Shown here: positions 12,865 to 24,569 of the stretch, piece after piece
Layout: every line of letters begins with the position of its first letter
Numbering within the stretch: the stretch's first letter is position 1
NCBI RefSeq assembly: GCF_018350175.1
Contig: NC_058368.1
Span: 117,988,001 to 118,052,000, forward strand
DNA length: 64,000 nt
DNA from: Felis catus
Lineage: Eukaryota
Direction: 5' to 3'
Notes under the pieces: model-generated
Seen by the model: the letters and a program-made list of their open reading frames with translations, nothing else
Database searches by the model: none
What the model was told of the DNA's origin: nothing
Made by a program: the position numbers and the translations under genes

Positions 12865-13465
12865 GGGGCATCTGCCTGGCTCAGTTGGTGGAGCATGTAA
12901 CTCATGATCTCAGGATTATTGGTTCGAGCCCCACTTTGGGTGTAGAGATTACTTAAAAAAAAATAAATCTTAAAAAAAAAAAGGGACACCTGGGTGTCTC
13001 AGTTGGTTGAGTGTCCGACTTTGGCTCAGGTCACGATCTCGTGGTTTGTGGGTTGGAGCCCTGTGTCAGGCTGTGTGCTGACAGCTTGCTCAGAGCCTGG
13101 AGCCTGCTTTAGATTCTGTGTCTCCTCTGTCTGCCCCTCCCCCGCTCACAATCTGTCTCTATCTCTCAAAAATAAATAAATGTTGGGGCACCTGGGTGGC
13201 TCAGTCGGTTGAGCGTCCGACTTCGGCTCAGGTCATGATCTTGCGGTCCGTGAGTTCGAGCCCCGCGTCAGGCTCTGTGCTGACCGCTCAGAGCCTGGAG
13301 CCTGTTTCAGATTCTGTGTCTCCCTCTCTTTCTGACCCTCCCCCATTCATGCTCTGTCTCTCTCTGTCTCAAAAATAAATAAACGTTAAAAAAAAATTAA
13401 AAAAAATAAATAAATGTTAAAAAAATTTTTTTTAATAAATCTTAATTAAAAAAAAAACAAAAAAC
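12865..13465 (+). mobile_element. Three nested SINEs (heads at 12865, 12983, 13185)
   Basis: Three concentric TSD pairs: aatgaggt, aataaatcttaa, aaaaataaataaatgtt. Confidence 0.95.
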
Positions 13466-13579
13466 AATGAGGTGTTAGCTACACAACGGTGGGAGTGGGC
13501 ATGGGATATGCAAAAGGAACTTACAGTTCAAACACCTGGATGCTGGAGAGGCCTAGGGTTGTTGGGGGAATGGTTTACA

Positions 13580-13770
13580 ACCTAGAATTTTATACCTAGC
13601 AAAACTACCAGTCAAAATGTGAAGAGAGAACAGAAGGCAAGATATATGCTGATATGCAAGGTCTCAAAAAATTGACCTCTCCTGTATCTCTTACCAGGAA
13701 GCTACTGGAGGACCCACTGCCAAAATCAAGATGTAAATCAAGAGAGCAGATACACGGGAATGACTACTTG
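13580..13770 (+). mobile_element. HAL1/L1-ORF1-like fragment
   Basis: cctagaattttatacctagcaaaactac...atgcaaggtctcaaaaaattgacctc...caggaagctactggagga matches recalled HAL1 consensus. Confidence 0.7.
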
Positions 13771-14435
13771 GAGCTCAGGTAGGCGGGAGCTGGATCAAAA
13801 AGGGTTCTAACGGCATAGGGAGGAGTTTGGACTTGCTTGTAATGACAAAATTACCTAAAGTAATAATAGAAAGATATTCTAAAATAGTGATTTTTTTTTT
13901 CCAAACTTTGAATTCTAGGGACCCATTTGAGCAACCTTGTGATTGGTTCCTACCAGAAACAATAGTTTTACATCTATTTTTCCTTTGTGTTCCTTTGCAA
14001 AGAATTCTGCTGAATTTTAGAGTTTGGAAACAATTGTACAAAAAAACCTAAAACTGTGTATAAGTACTTCTTAAACAGTCTCGTGCAATTTGGCGGGGCC
14101 TCCAGAAGCCAGGGCTATGAAAATTCCTGGAGCAGTGCACTGTGGGATAGGGGAGAGTGATATAGGGAGATGATAAAACGTTGTCACCAAATTTCAGCAG
14201 GACTCTTGGCTGGTCATTCTTCCATCTGCAGCAAAGGTGATCACTAGAAGAATATTTCTACTAGAACAGATCTGTTTACCAATTAAGTGTTGAAGCAGCC
14301 TTCCCCAGTGACTTCCAGACTGCCAGCAAATAAATTTTAAAAATGCAAACTTGGGGTGGGGGAAACACAGTGAGACCATAGCTCCTCTCCTACTGAGCTT
14401 TGTCACAGTTGGAATAAGGCAGGGTGTAGATGAGC

Positions 14436-14487
14436 GTGTGTGTATGTGTGTGTGTGCATGCGTGCGTGCGTGCATGTGTGTGTGTGT
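14436..14487. repeat. (GT)/(GCGT) compound microsatellite
   Basis: Read directly from sequence. Confidence 0.95.
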
Positions 14488-15301
14488 ATTCAGTGAGCTT
14501 AAGAGAAATTCATGGGTATGTTGTATGTTATATTGTAGCAGGGATCCAGTTGTTCCCTAAATCTGGAGCCAGGAGCCAAGGAGAACCTTTTCTTTATGGA
14601 TTCAGCAGAAGGCTGTTTGTTTTCTTTTTGATATCTGCATTTCAAGCACTATGATAAAAGATCAGCCCAGAAACCAAGCAGCTTGTTAAGGTGTTTGCTG
14701 GTTTTGCTAACCATAAAAAAGGGCGTTCCCCAGTTCCCCATCAACTGGGAGAAATCCTTCCCCACCCTCTCCTGACCAATGTCTTTCCCTCCCCCTAAGC
14801 AAGTGAATTTTAAATACCGCTCTAAAGTTGTTGGCTGGTGACCTGGAAAATTCCTTTTGCTTTGTTATCGTGTTAATGGCCCATCAGTTTAAACCTCCTA
14901 TCCCCAGAAACAGTTCTTTCTCCTAACTAGACTAGACTGAGGAGGTAACGGAAGTTAAAAGAAAAAATGAAAGAAAGGATTCCTATTTCTAAGGGCTTTG
15001 GGAAGATTCAAAAATGGCCAGGCCTGAATGAATGGAAGGAAGGAATTTCATTTTTTCTTGATTTGTCTGCACAGCACCTAGCAAATGTAAAGGCAAGTGT
15101 AAATTGAATTAGGGTCTCTACTGGATGACTTTAGAGGAAGGTGATAACTGTTGAATGTAATATTAGCTCTACTGTGTAGGATTTTGGTGGGCACAGGTCT
15201 TCTGGAAGACCACTAATTCAGACTTATGTTAGAGGTGTGTAAGCTAGTAAGTATGTAAATGTCAATCACCTTCCTTATTTTCATCTGAAAGGTACATTTA
15301 A

Positions 15302-15490
15302 GGGGCACCCAGGTGGCTTAGTCAGTTAAGTTCCTCTTGACTTTGGCTCAGATCATGATCCCACGGTTAATGAGTTCGAGCCCCACATCGGACTCTGCAC
15401 TGACAGTGTGGAGCCTACTTGGGATTCTCTTTTGCGTCTCCCCTACTCATGCTCACACGCATGCTCAAAATAAATAAATAAACTAAAAAA
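15302..15490 (+). mobile_element. CAN-SINE
   Basis: Head ggggcacccaggtggcttag; TSD aaaggtaca. Confidence 0.93.
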
Positions 15491-15554
15491 AAAAGGTACA
15501 GTTAATAATTGTTGGGGAATCTTGTAATTGTTAGTTATAATTGTTAGTTACTAT

Positions 15555-15765
15555 TTTTTATTATTTTTTTAATGTTTATTTTTGAGAGAGAGACACACAG
15601 AGTGCAAGCAGGGGAGGGGCAGAGAGAGAAAAAAGGAGACACAGTTCCAAAGACTCAGAATCTGAGTTGTTAGTGTAGAGCCCAACACAGGGCTCAGAGT
15701 CACGGACCATGAGATCATGACCTGAGAAATTGGATGCTTAACCGACTGAGCCACTCAGGCACCCC
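15555..15765 (-). mobile_element. CAN-SINE
   Basis: Full-length antisense copy, tail-to-tail with 15302. Confidence 0.93.
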
Positions 15766-15789
15766 AAACCAATGGTTACTATTAACTGC

Positions 15790-15975
15790 ATGTACCCAGT
15801 ACAGGGCTCAGGACTTTTCCTGCATTGTCTCATTTAATTCTCACTGGACAGTTCCGTGAGGTAAGTACTATTATCATCCCCATTTTAGAAGAGAGGAAAT
15901 GGAAGCTTAGGGAAGTGGTACAGAATCCCACTTGGGTTCTCTGTCTTCTTAGCTCATGCTCTTAACCACAACATC
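15790..15975 (-). mobile_element. MIR
   Basis: catttaattctcac...gaggtaagtactattatcatccccattttagaagagaggaaatggaagcttagg. Confidence 0.75.
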
Positions 15976-16860
15976 ATGCTGTTTATAAACTACGAAGATC
16001 TAAGAAATCATAAAAAGGAAGCAGAGTGTGGCTAAATTATTCTTCCCTAGAGCATGACAGTTCACCTCGTGCTGTTCCTGCAGACCGCAAAGTTACCAAG
16101 GTATCAGGTCCTCATTGGAGGGGACAGTCCTGCATATAATGTTCTAAGGAGACCCTTGCTCCTAGCCTTTTGGATTTCTGGGTTGAGGTTTGGACCACAA
16201 AGAACTATTGTCTATCTTCAGGTCTTGGTCTGTCAGGTTCCATTTCTCACCTTCCAAAACAACACATAGATGCATAAGGAAGTCAGAGCCTTTGAACTTC
16301 AGTGCCACTCCCTTCACCTACCTCTATGGGATAGGTAGCACCTTTGGCAGTTTTCCCCTCTGAAGTGAGCTTTGTCACCTCTTCTATCAGCTGGGGCTTC
16401 TAGCTCTCAAATCCATCTTCTATCACCCAAAACTTCCACGGGGCATTCCCTGACTGAAGAGGAAGCAGCTGACCAGGTAAGAGATTGCCACTGTAACGGC
16501 CTGCTGAGGACAAAGCGGCTGTGGGCAGCAGTGGAACTGTTAACACCAGCTGGAAAAACCGGCAGAGATGACATTGGCTGGGGGCCTGTCTTAGATAGAA
16601 TTCCCAGAGCCCAAAGTAGGCTTTTATGCTCCCCTTTTTCATATTTATTTTTATTTTTTATGAATAGAACTCCCTTTATCTAAAAAAATTAATACACATT
16701 TGCTGTCAACAACTTAAATAATATGGTGATTAATAGAGAAAGTAAAAGTATGCCATTAATGCAACACACTGCCCCACTGTTACCTCCACCCATATGCATC
16801 TGCCCAGTCATCACTAGAACAGTTGGGAATCTGTCCTTCCAGATGGTTCTGCTAGTTTCC

Positions 16861-16861
<1 letters not shown>

Positions 16862-16908
<47 letters not shown>
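16862..16908. repeat. (GT)n microsatellite, about 23 units
   Basis: Perfect run read directly. Confidence 0.97.
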
Positions 16909-16912
<4 letters not shown>

Positions 16913-17808
16913 TTACAGAAATATCAATGAGAAGATCTTGTTCTGTACCTTGTGTATCACGAGCATCTTTGGAATCTATCTGTACAGCTCTCCCCTTTTT
17001 AATAGCAGCACACTATTTCACTGTAAGATGGACCAGCAGCTTCCCTTTTTTCTAATCTCTGCTTTAACAGATCTTTCACTTCCTTGGGAACCTGTCTCAG
17101 TGCCCTTCTCTGGGTCCTGCCTCAGGGAACTGCACAAATGGGAAGGCGGTCAAAAGGTGGGAAGGGCACTGGTGGGCCCCATATGGGAGGGGGTGGGGGC
17201 GGGTGAGTATATTCTGTCCTGGCCATACTGGGGTGCACAGAAAGTTTTCTCCTCATCCTGCCAAATGGTTCCTCCGTCTGCCTGAGGCAAAACCGCACAT
17301 TTTATGGGAATCATCTTTGAAAATGACCAAGAAGATCAATGCAGAGAAACATAAAAGGCTGTTTTTCTTAGAGTTACCCTCCATTTTGGGACCTGCACTC
17401 TGGTCATGCACATCATTGTGCTGTCAGAATGACCAGAGGCCCTTCAGGCCAGTCCCTTGCCTCCATTCAAGGCAGGTTTGCAGCCCCAGCTCAGAGTACC
17501 CCAGGCTTTTTTTCTCTGTAGCTACTCTGTGTGATTAACAACTCCGTGAGGTAGAAATTTGCTTCTTGTCACTGGAAAGACACTCCAGCTTAGAGGACTC
17601 AGGCTCTGGGCCAGATTTCCTCTCTGTACCTCCAATTCCTCATGTGTAAAATGGTAAAAAAAAATGTAAAAAATGTAAAAATGTAAAAAAAATAACAGTA
17701 TCCATCTAATTTGGTAGGGTTTTTCTCTGTAACTTAAATATTTGCATGGCATATTTGGTGTATTATAAGAGAGAGGGCAAACACTCAGTGTTGTGAATGA
17801 TTATAGGT

Positions 17809-17990
17809 TACTGGCTCTTCACCCTGGCTGCACACTGAACTCAGCCAGGGAACCCTCAAACAAATGCCAGTGCACAGGCTTCATTATCAGAGATTCTGAT
17901 TCCCTGGGACCGAGGTGGGATCAGGGGGATCATTGTTTTTGAAAACCACCCTGGAGAATTCTAATTTGCACTTAGGGTTGAGAGCTACTG
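17809..17990. mobile_element. MER5A-like hAT-Charlie MITE
   Basis: ccctggctgcacactgaa...cagagattctgatt...ctaatttgcacttagggttgagagctactg. Confidence 0.8.
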
Positions 17991-18596
17991 AATTTAGTTC
18001 AGTGTTCTGTTTCTAGGTGAAGAAACTGTGAGGCCTGGAGCAGGGAAGGGACTTGCTGGGGTTATACAGCCAGACCGGAAGGACCCAGGTCGCTCACATC
18101 CTGGATGCCAGTTCCCAGGGCTTGTCTTGGGGGCGGGGGGAGGGAAATCCTCCCTGGGATGCCCTTCAGGTGGTCTTGGGGATGAGCAGGGATGCTGTCC
18201 CTGCTTCTAGTCTCTCTCTGCATAATGTTGCTGGACGTTTCAATTCATTCTTTGGTCACCAACTCAAGGAGTTTTCCTTTAGGAAGCCGTGGTTCTAGAA
18301 TCTAGAATATGACCCTCTTTGATTAGAGCACATACAGCATGTGAAATAATCCCATCCATCCATCCACTCATTCATTTTGAGAATCTAAGCCCCCTGGGGG
18401 CAGGGATGTTGTCTGTCTTGTTCCTGTTGTACCGGGCCTAGAATGGTGACCAGCGCTTAATTAAAAACAACAACAACAACAACAAACATTAAATGACCGA
18501 ATGAAGGAAATCCCAGGAGGGTAGTTGAGTATTTTATTATTTTTCTGGCCCTAGCCATCTGATTCTCATTACTCCTACAGCCAGGGAAGCCTCTCT

Positions 18597-19452
18597 CCGC
18601 CTTGGCGTTTTATAAACCTCGTGTGCGTACGTCGACATTTTAACCATAAATCCAGAGTTTGGGGGCTGGAAAATTCGAGGCGAGGGGATTGGGGGAGGGG
18701 GTAAAAACCACCCGGAGGTCCGAAGCCGGGCCCTGGAATTGGCGCGGGAGGGCGGGAGGGAAACCGTCGGGCGGGAGCGCCTCCGCCCCCCGCCTGCCCC
18801 CTCCGCGGGAGATGGCCCCGGGCCGCTGCATCCATCAGAGGGGTGCGCCGCCGCCGTCTCCTCCCGTCCGCGGGAATGGAAGGCCGCGGGGGAGGGGACG
18901 CGATCCGGGTCGCGGCCCGGGGCCGGCTCCGGCAGCAGCCCCTTCATTCCGGCCGCGCGCACCCCCGGAGGTGGCGCCTTGGGGAGGCTGTATTTTTTTT
19001 TTTTTTCTTGGAGCCGCAGGGGAGTAGAGGGGGGGGTGGGGGGGAGGGAACCCTGTGTGTGTGTCCCTTTAAGAGCCGGAGCGCTGCCCCCGCCTTGCAG
19101 GCGCCCGGAGCCTCACAAAAGAACAGGATGTTGTTGATTTGTCACCAAACCACAGAGAGGAAATGATTGTAAATTTCCTTTAAACATCCCCACCGCGCTC
19201 CGGCCGCCCCCGCTTCCTCCTCCGCCGCCCCCGCCCGGCCGGGCGCAGCGGGGCCTCGGCGCTCCCGCGGGGCGCCCGCTCCCTGGCCTTCCCGGTCAGG
19301 CCACAGGCCCGGGGCCGGCTCCGGGGCGCCTGCTGGAGCGGCCCCCCGCCCCCGCCGCGCCCCCACTCGCGTTCCAGCTGATTTCTTCTGATTTTTTTTT
19401 TTTTTTTTTTTACACAACAGCTGTTGGAAGCGCCTTAGGGGACGCCCACCGT
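18597..19452. promoter_or_regulatory. CpG island, probable promoter of an unidentified gene
   Basis: Very GC- and CpG-dense; multiple GC boxes (gggcggg/ccgccc); ttttataaa near 18608 and cctttaagag near 19066; no SINEs from 15.8 to 23.0 kb. Confidence 0.9.
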
Positions 19453-19648
19453 GTTTACCCTTACTACTGACCTGCTGAGGCAGGAATCATTAGCTCCGGT
19501 GCTTGGGTGGAAACTGAGGCCCAGGGAAGTTCCCTGAGTAGCAGAAAGTCACCAGCTCCTGAAACCTCTTCAGGGTTTTTGGAACACCAAACATAGATAT
19601 GTTTCACCTCTGAGCTTATGTTTGTAAGCGGTGCGCCATACAGCCGTG

Positions 19649-19668
19649 GGAACATTCTAGAAATTCCC
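19649..19668. promoter_or_regulatory. Heat-shock element (HSF1 consensus)
   Basis: GAA-CA-TTC-TA-GAA-AT-TCC at 19650-19667: three perfect alternating nGAAn units plus a near-match fourth. Motif only; binding not shown. Confidence 0.55.
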
Positions 19669-21329
19669 ACTTATCAAAAGTGGCAGTGTCTCAAAGCAAC
19701 AGTGACCTCAAACGAGGTTTTTTTATGAGGAGCATCCCCCACCATGTTCAACTGGGCACCCTTCTTCAAGGAGCTGTTTGGGTGTCCGTTCCATCTGTGC
19801 ATTTGTGCATCCTTATGTCTCCTCACACCCTTTCCCATTGTTTGCAATGATTTTTTGAAACCCTCTGGTGGAGTTCATGTTTGCTTTCAACCTGCAGTCC
19901 GTGGTCGAGTGGTCAAGTCTGTCTGTGGTGCAGAGAAAGGCTCCGTTTGCTGTACAGAGTGTTCTTTTGGAGCAATTAATGCTTATGATTCCGGCATTGG
20001 CTGCAATGGAGTTCTTGGCTTGGATATTCAAGGCAGCAGATAATGCCCCAGGCGCTGTGCATTCTCTCCTTTCTTCCTCACATAGCCCCCTTAGACATTG
20101 CTGGGGGCTTTCATACACGTGAGGAAACAGGTTCAGGGAGGTTGAGGAGTTGGACCAGCTCACACAATGTTTCCTTATTCTAACTACTGGTGGTGTCCTT
20201 CTTTGGCCCTTTAAAATTGATTATTTGGTTAAGAGAACAGATAGTGAAGGAAGCACAGGGTATTTTTGTTGGGTCCTTTCTCACCTTAACCCTTGGGGAA
20301 CTCTAGGCCATATCTCACTTTCTGCAAAAAAGCATTTGAGTGATTCATACTGTCGGGCTGCAGTCTTCCCTTTGGGGCCTGATGAGGTGCTGAGTGGCTT
20401 GGAGGAAGAGGGGGACTGGTGTAGGGTCTGAGTTCTTTCCATTCTACTTGAACGGAAAGCAAAAAACATTATCTGGTACTGGATTCCTAAGGCTGAATAG
20501 TCCCTCATTTCCAAGACCCCCAATTCTAAACTCTAAGGGGGTGGTGAGGAGGACAGGGGTTGGGGGAAGGGAGGGTTGTGTTTGACTGCAGGTATCATCG
20601 TGTCTTATGAGAACACTTAATGTTTTATCATGTCCCTGCCATAGACCATGCCCCGGGGCCGTGTGCTTTCTCATTTGATGCTAAGAAGGTCCTAACGGAT
20701 GAAAAGTAGATACCCAGAGAGGTTGTACATCTAGGAATGGTATAGCTGGGGTTTGCAGCCGTCTGCACAGGGTCCCTTGTGTCTGTGCAAGAGGAAGTTA
20801 CCCAGGCATGCCAGAAATGGGACTGCAGTGCTTGTCTTCAGTCAGTGCAGAAAGCCATGAGGGTCCTGGATGCTGGTGGATTTTGGAGAGAGAAATGCAG
20901 TGGCCTTTGGCTCCTTTGTGCTGCAGCTGTCTGCACTTCTTCAACTCTGAGCACATTTGTCGATGGATTTCCAGAGCCACCGCAGTATCTCCACCTGTCC
21001 TTTTTGCTTTTATAGATTGCCAGTCACTGGGGCATCCGGGTCCTGAGCATTGGGGGGGAGAGCCATCTGCTTAATTATTTCCATTCCCCAGACAAGGAAC
21101 ACAGGACACCAACATGCTGAGCTGTTGGTCTGGGCAGGCTGGCTTGAAGCAGAACGAGACAGCAGGAGTTAGGGCCCTCAGCCGCTACCACTGCTCAATT
21201 CTAGGGAAGCAGGAACCAGAGGGTAGGTCATCTGATGTCTCTTGGCCTCGGTTTCCTAGCCTGTGTAGACCTTTGGCCAGCGTGGTCTCTGATGGCTCTT
21301 TCAGGCCTCATCATCCAAAGAATAGCTTC

Positions 21330-21700
21330 TATTTACTCATTCAGTTAATATTTATTAAACATCTACTGTATGCCAGGCATCCCTGCTGAAGGTGCTGGAG
21401 ATACAGCAGACTACAAAACAAAAGCTCTGCCTTCTTGGGGTTTACCTTTTAGGTGGAGACAAAAAAAAATTAAACACACAGATATATAAAATGTCAGATA
21501 GTTCTTAGTGCTATGGAAGATAAAGAACTTAAGAGGGGGATGTAGTGTGTGTGTATGGAAGGAGGAGCTACTGTTTTATTTAGGGTCTTAAGGGAAGGCT
21601 CACTGATAAGGTGGCACTTGAGAAGGAAGAAAAAAGTGAGCCATACTGCCTTCTGAAGTTTGCTTTAGGTAGTTGGGATGGCAAAGATAAGAACCAGGAG
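21330..21700 (-). mobile_element. L2 3' end
   Basis: actcattcagttaatatttattaaacatctactgtatgccaggca...tgctggagatacagcag. Confidence 0.75.
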
Positions 21701-23066
21701 ATGGGAGTATGCTGCATAGCACTTACAGTGTGTCAGACGCTGTGCTAAATGCATTATGTTATTTAATCCTGTTATCACTGTATTTTATTTGAAGAAGCTG
21801 AGACTCAGAGAGGTTCAGCGATTTGCCCAAGGCCACACAGCTAGTGGGTAGTGGAGCTGAAATTCAACTGCTAGTTTTAACCGTCATGCTACTTCCCACT
21901 CAGGGACTCTTTTGGAACTAGTGTTTAATTCATGACCTAGTTCTTTCGATTTCTTGGGGATTAAGTGACAACTGTGGCAGTGACTCCTGGTCCCTGAGTT
22001 GCCTGTGTTGGGGAAAGAGCTCAGGGCCTGGAGTTCCTTTTTGTGAGTGGAAAAAGGTAATATGTTTGATGCTGGAAAACCTCATGTTGTGTTTATGGCA
22101 AAAGGGTGAAAAAACACCTTCAGATTAGTGTAAACAAGAGAAATGGGAGAATGGGGTAGCCTGAATCCCTCCACCCCCCTCCTTCGCTTTAATTTCCCCA
22201 TGTTGGGCTCAACACAGCATGTTGTATTATACAGCGATAATTAAAACACTTGGATTAGTGAGCTGAGATTTATAGGGCAAACAGGAGCCAGAGGAGAAAC
22301 GACAGTCATGTCTTTTATTTGCAGGCAGATATCCAAATTGCCACTTGCTTCCTTTTTCTTCCTGACACTATCACCTACTCTGCTTAATTAGATTCTTTTT
22401 TTTCTGTATCATTTCCAACACCCGCTCAGCCTGCTGTTCAGCAGCGAGTTTAGGGAGCTGCATACTGAACCTTTTCCCACAGCCCAGGGAAGATGAGTCA
22501 GGAGCAAGGCAAATAAAAGCCAAGGAGGGTGCCTTGGCATCAGGCTTTGGAGCCCACCTGTCTGTCAGCATCGTAGAGCAGCCCGGGAGGGTGGAACCCA
22601 GGGCTGCAGAGAGGAAGCATCGCATATGAAACACCCTCTATCTTGTGGGGAGCAGAGAGTGAATTCCCCAAACAGCAGACCACCCCCAAGACAAAAAATT
22701 CCCTTTCAAAACAAATAGTTAAATCATGTTCCCAAATTTTTATTGAATATTTTACTATATTCAAAGTATCATCGTAGACTCTGTGGGGGGCAAGGGGTAG
22801 AGGGTACTGAGATGAAGAAACTGCTGTCCAAATTTATCTAGCAGAAAGAAGAGTTGAAAATAACTGATGAGAATTTTGGTCAAATTCATATGTTTGATAA
22901 GTACTTCTTGAATATCTAGTACATGTCAGGCATTGTTCTAGGCACTTAGGGGACACAGTAGTGGCTAAACACTGGAAAATCCCTGTCCACATGAATTTAC
23001 CAGCTCTTGGGCTGGGGGATGGGGCAACAGTGAATTCATCACTAAAGAGCCTAAAAACTATGGAGA

Positions 23067-23256
23067 GGGACGCCTGGGTGGTTCAGGTGGGTGCATGTCC
23101 GATTTCAGCTTAGGTCATGATCTCGAGTTCGTGGGTTCTGGCCCCATGTCAGGCTCTCTGCTGTCAGCACAGAGCCGGCTTTGGATCCTCTGACTCCCCC
23201 TCTTTTTGCCGCCTGCTTGCACGCTCTCTCTCAAAAATAAATAAACATTAAAAAAA
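23067..23256 (+). mobile_element. CAN-SINE
   Basis: TSD aaaaactatggaga at 23053-23066 and 23257-23270. Confidence 0.95.
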
Positions 23257-23568
23257 AAAAACTATGGAGAAAAATTAAGTGGAAAGGGTGGCTAAGAGAG
23301 TCCTGGGGCTGGTCATTTTAAAAACAAAAAGGGTGAAGGTAGCATGCCCTGGTGCAGACTGACAGATCTGATAGGGAATCTGGGCTTCCGCACCTGCTAG
23401 CTGTGTGACCTTCACGTTTCTGTAATCAATTGGTCTGAACTTTATTTTTCTCACCTGTACAATAGTAGGACTGGTCATAGACACTCATAAAAGGATTAAA
23501 TGAGGCTATATATATATATATATATGTGGAAAAAAAATATATATGCATATATATATATATGAAATATT

Positions 23569-23792
23569 AGGAGCACCTGGGTGGCTCAGTCAGTTGAGCG
23601 TCTGGTTTTGGCTCAGGTCATGATATTGCAGTTCATGAGTTTGAGCCCTGAGTTGGGCTCTGTGCTGACAGCTCAGAGCCTGGAACCTGGAACCTGCGTT
23701 GGATTCTATGTCTCCTTCTCTCTCTTCCCCTCCTCCGCTCATACTCTGTCTGTCTCTGTCTCTCAAAGATAATAAATAAATATTAAAAAAAG
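23569..23792 (+). mobile_element. CAN-SINE inside an AT/(TA)n tract of a MIR
   Basis: Full head, CT tract and tail; local cctggaa duplication. Confidence 0.93.
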
Positions 23793-24569
23793 AAATATAT
23801 AACAAATAATATAAAAATATATTAAATACATATATATAATCCATACCTAATTAGGACTCGGTGAATGCTTGCCGTTTTCAGCATTATATGCTTATAAGAA
23901 GGTCATGCGGAGCTGAAGGCACAGTGAGTAGTTACAGTTGGAAAGAAAAGGGTCGTTAACCACGTCCCCCTTCCCTCACAGTTTGCGCATCCACCCAGAA
24001 GGCAGGAGTATGGGTGCGCTCCTGCGGCAGGCAGCATCAGGACTGCAGAGGGTTTAGGTCCGGGTTTGGTACGCAGGCTGTATAGGCAGGAGCTGGAGGA
24101 TTGTCGAGTTCTGCATTCACTCTTAAAAATTATTTTCCACATGCTTGGTGTTCACCCTGATACTCCACAACCAGCGTGGCAGGGGGGTTGGGGCTGCCCA
24201 CTTGACAAACGGGAAAACAGGCACAGGATGTGAGTGCCTGGCCAAGGTCACCTCCAGTCTCCAGAGGAGATCTCCTGCCGGCCTCAAGATGAGTCATCCT
24301 GGAGTGTTGTTCCCGGGGTGAAATCACAAAGGAAGGAAGGCTTGGATTTATTGCAGGCAGCCCGGGAAGTTTCCTGTTCTTGAGAAATCTCAGAAACAGT
24401 AACTCCTCCACCTGCAGGGCTTTGTTCTTCCTAGATCAGCCTACTCCAGAGCCCCCCGAACCTCCAGGATGATAACAGGGTCTGATACGGGGCTAGGGCG
24501 AGGGCAAGGGTAGAAACCCTTTGACATAAACAGAGGAGGAAGAAAGAAGAAGCCGTGTAGGGGTGGAGA

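Noticed and set aside
13185..13265. tRNA-like heads with A and B boxes, here and in the other SINEs
   Set aside because: They are SINE heads followed by CT tracts, A tails and TSDs, not tRNA genes.
16380..16482. Strong donor-like CAG|GTAAGA near 16476
   Set aside because: No convincing acceptor or recognisable coding frame; isolated donor matches are common.
17645..17695. Repeated aaaatgt units
   Set aside because: Simple slippage within a MIR core; not a CRISPR array or functional repeat.
18537..19417. Several 90-140 aa Arg/Gly/Pro/Ala-rich ORFs on both strands
   Set aside because: Stop codons are scarce in GC-rich island DNA; there is no recognisable domain, and the ORFs overlap in many frames.
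19645..19670. Canonical Notch paired site (SPS)
   Set aside because: The 11-bp spacer is outside the 15-17 bp range. Kept only as a composite HSE/RBPJ candidate.
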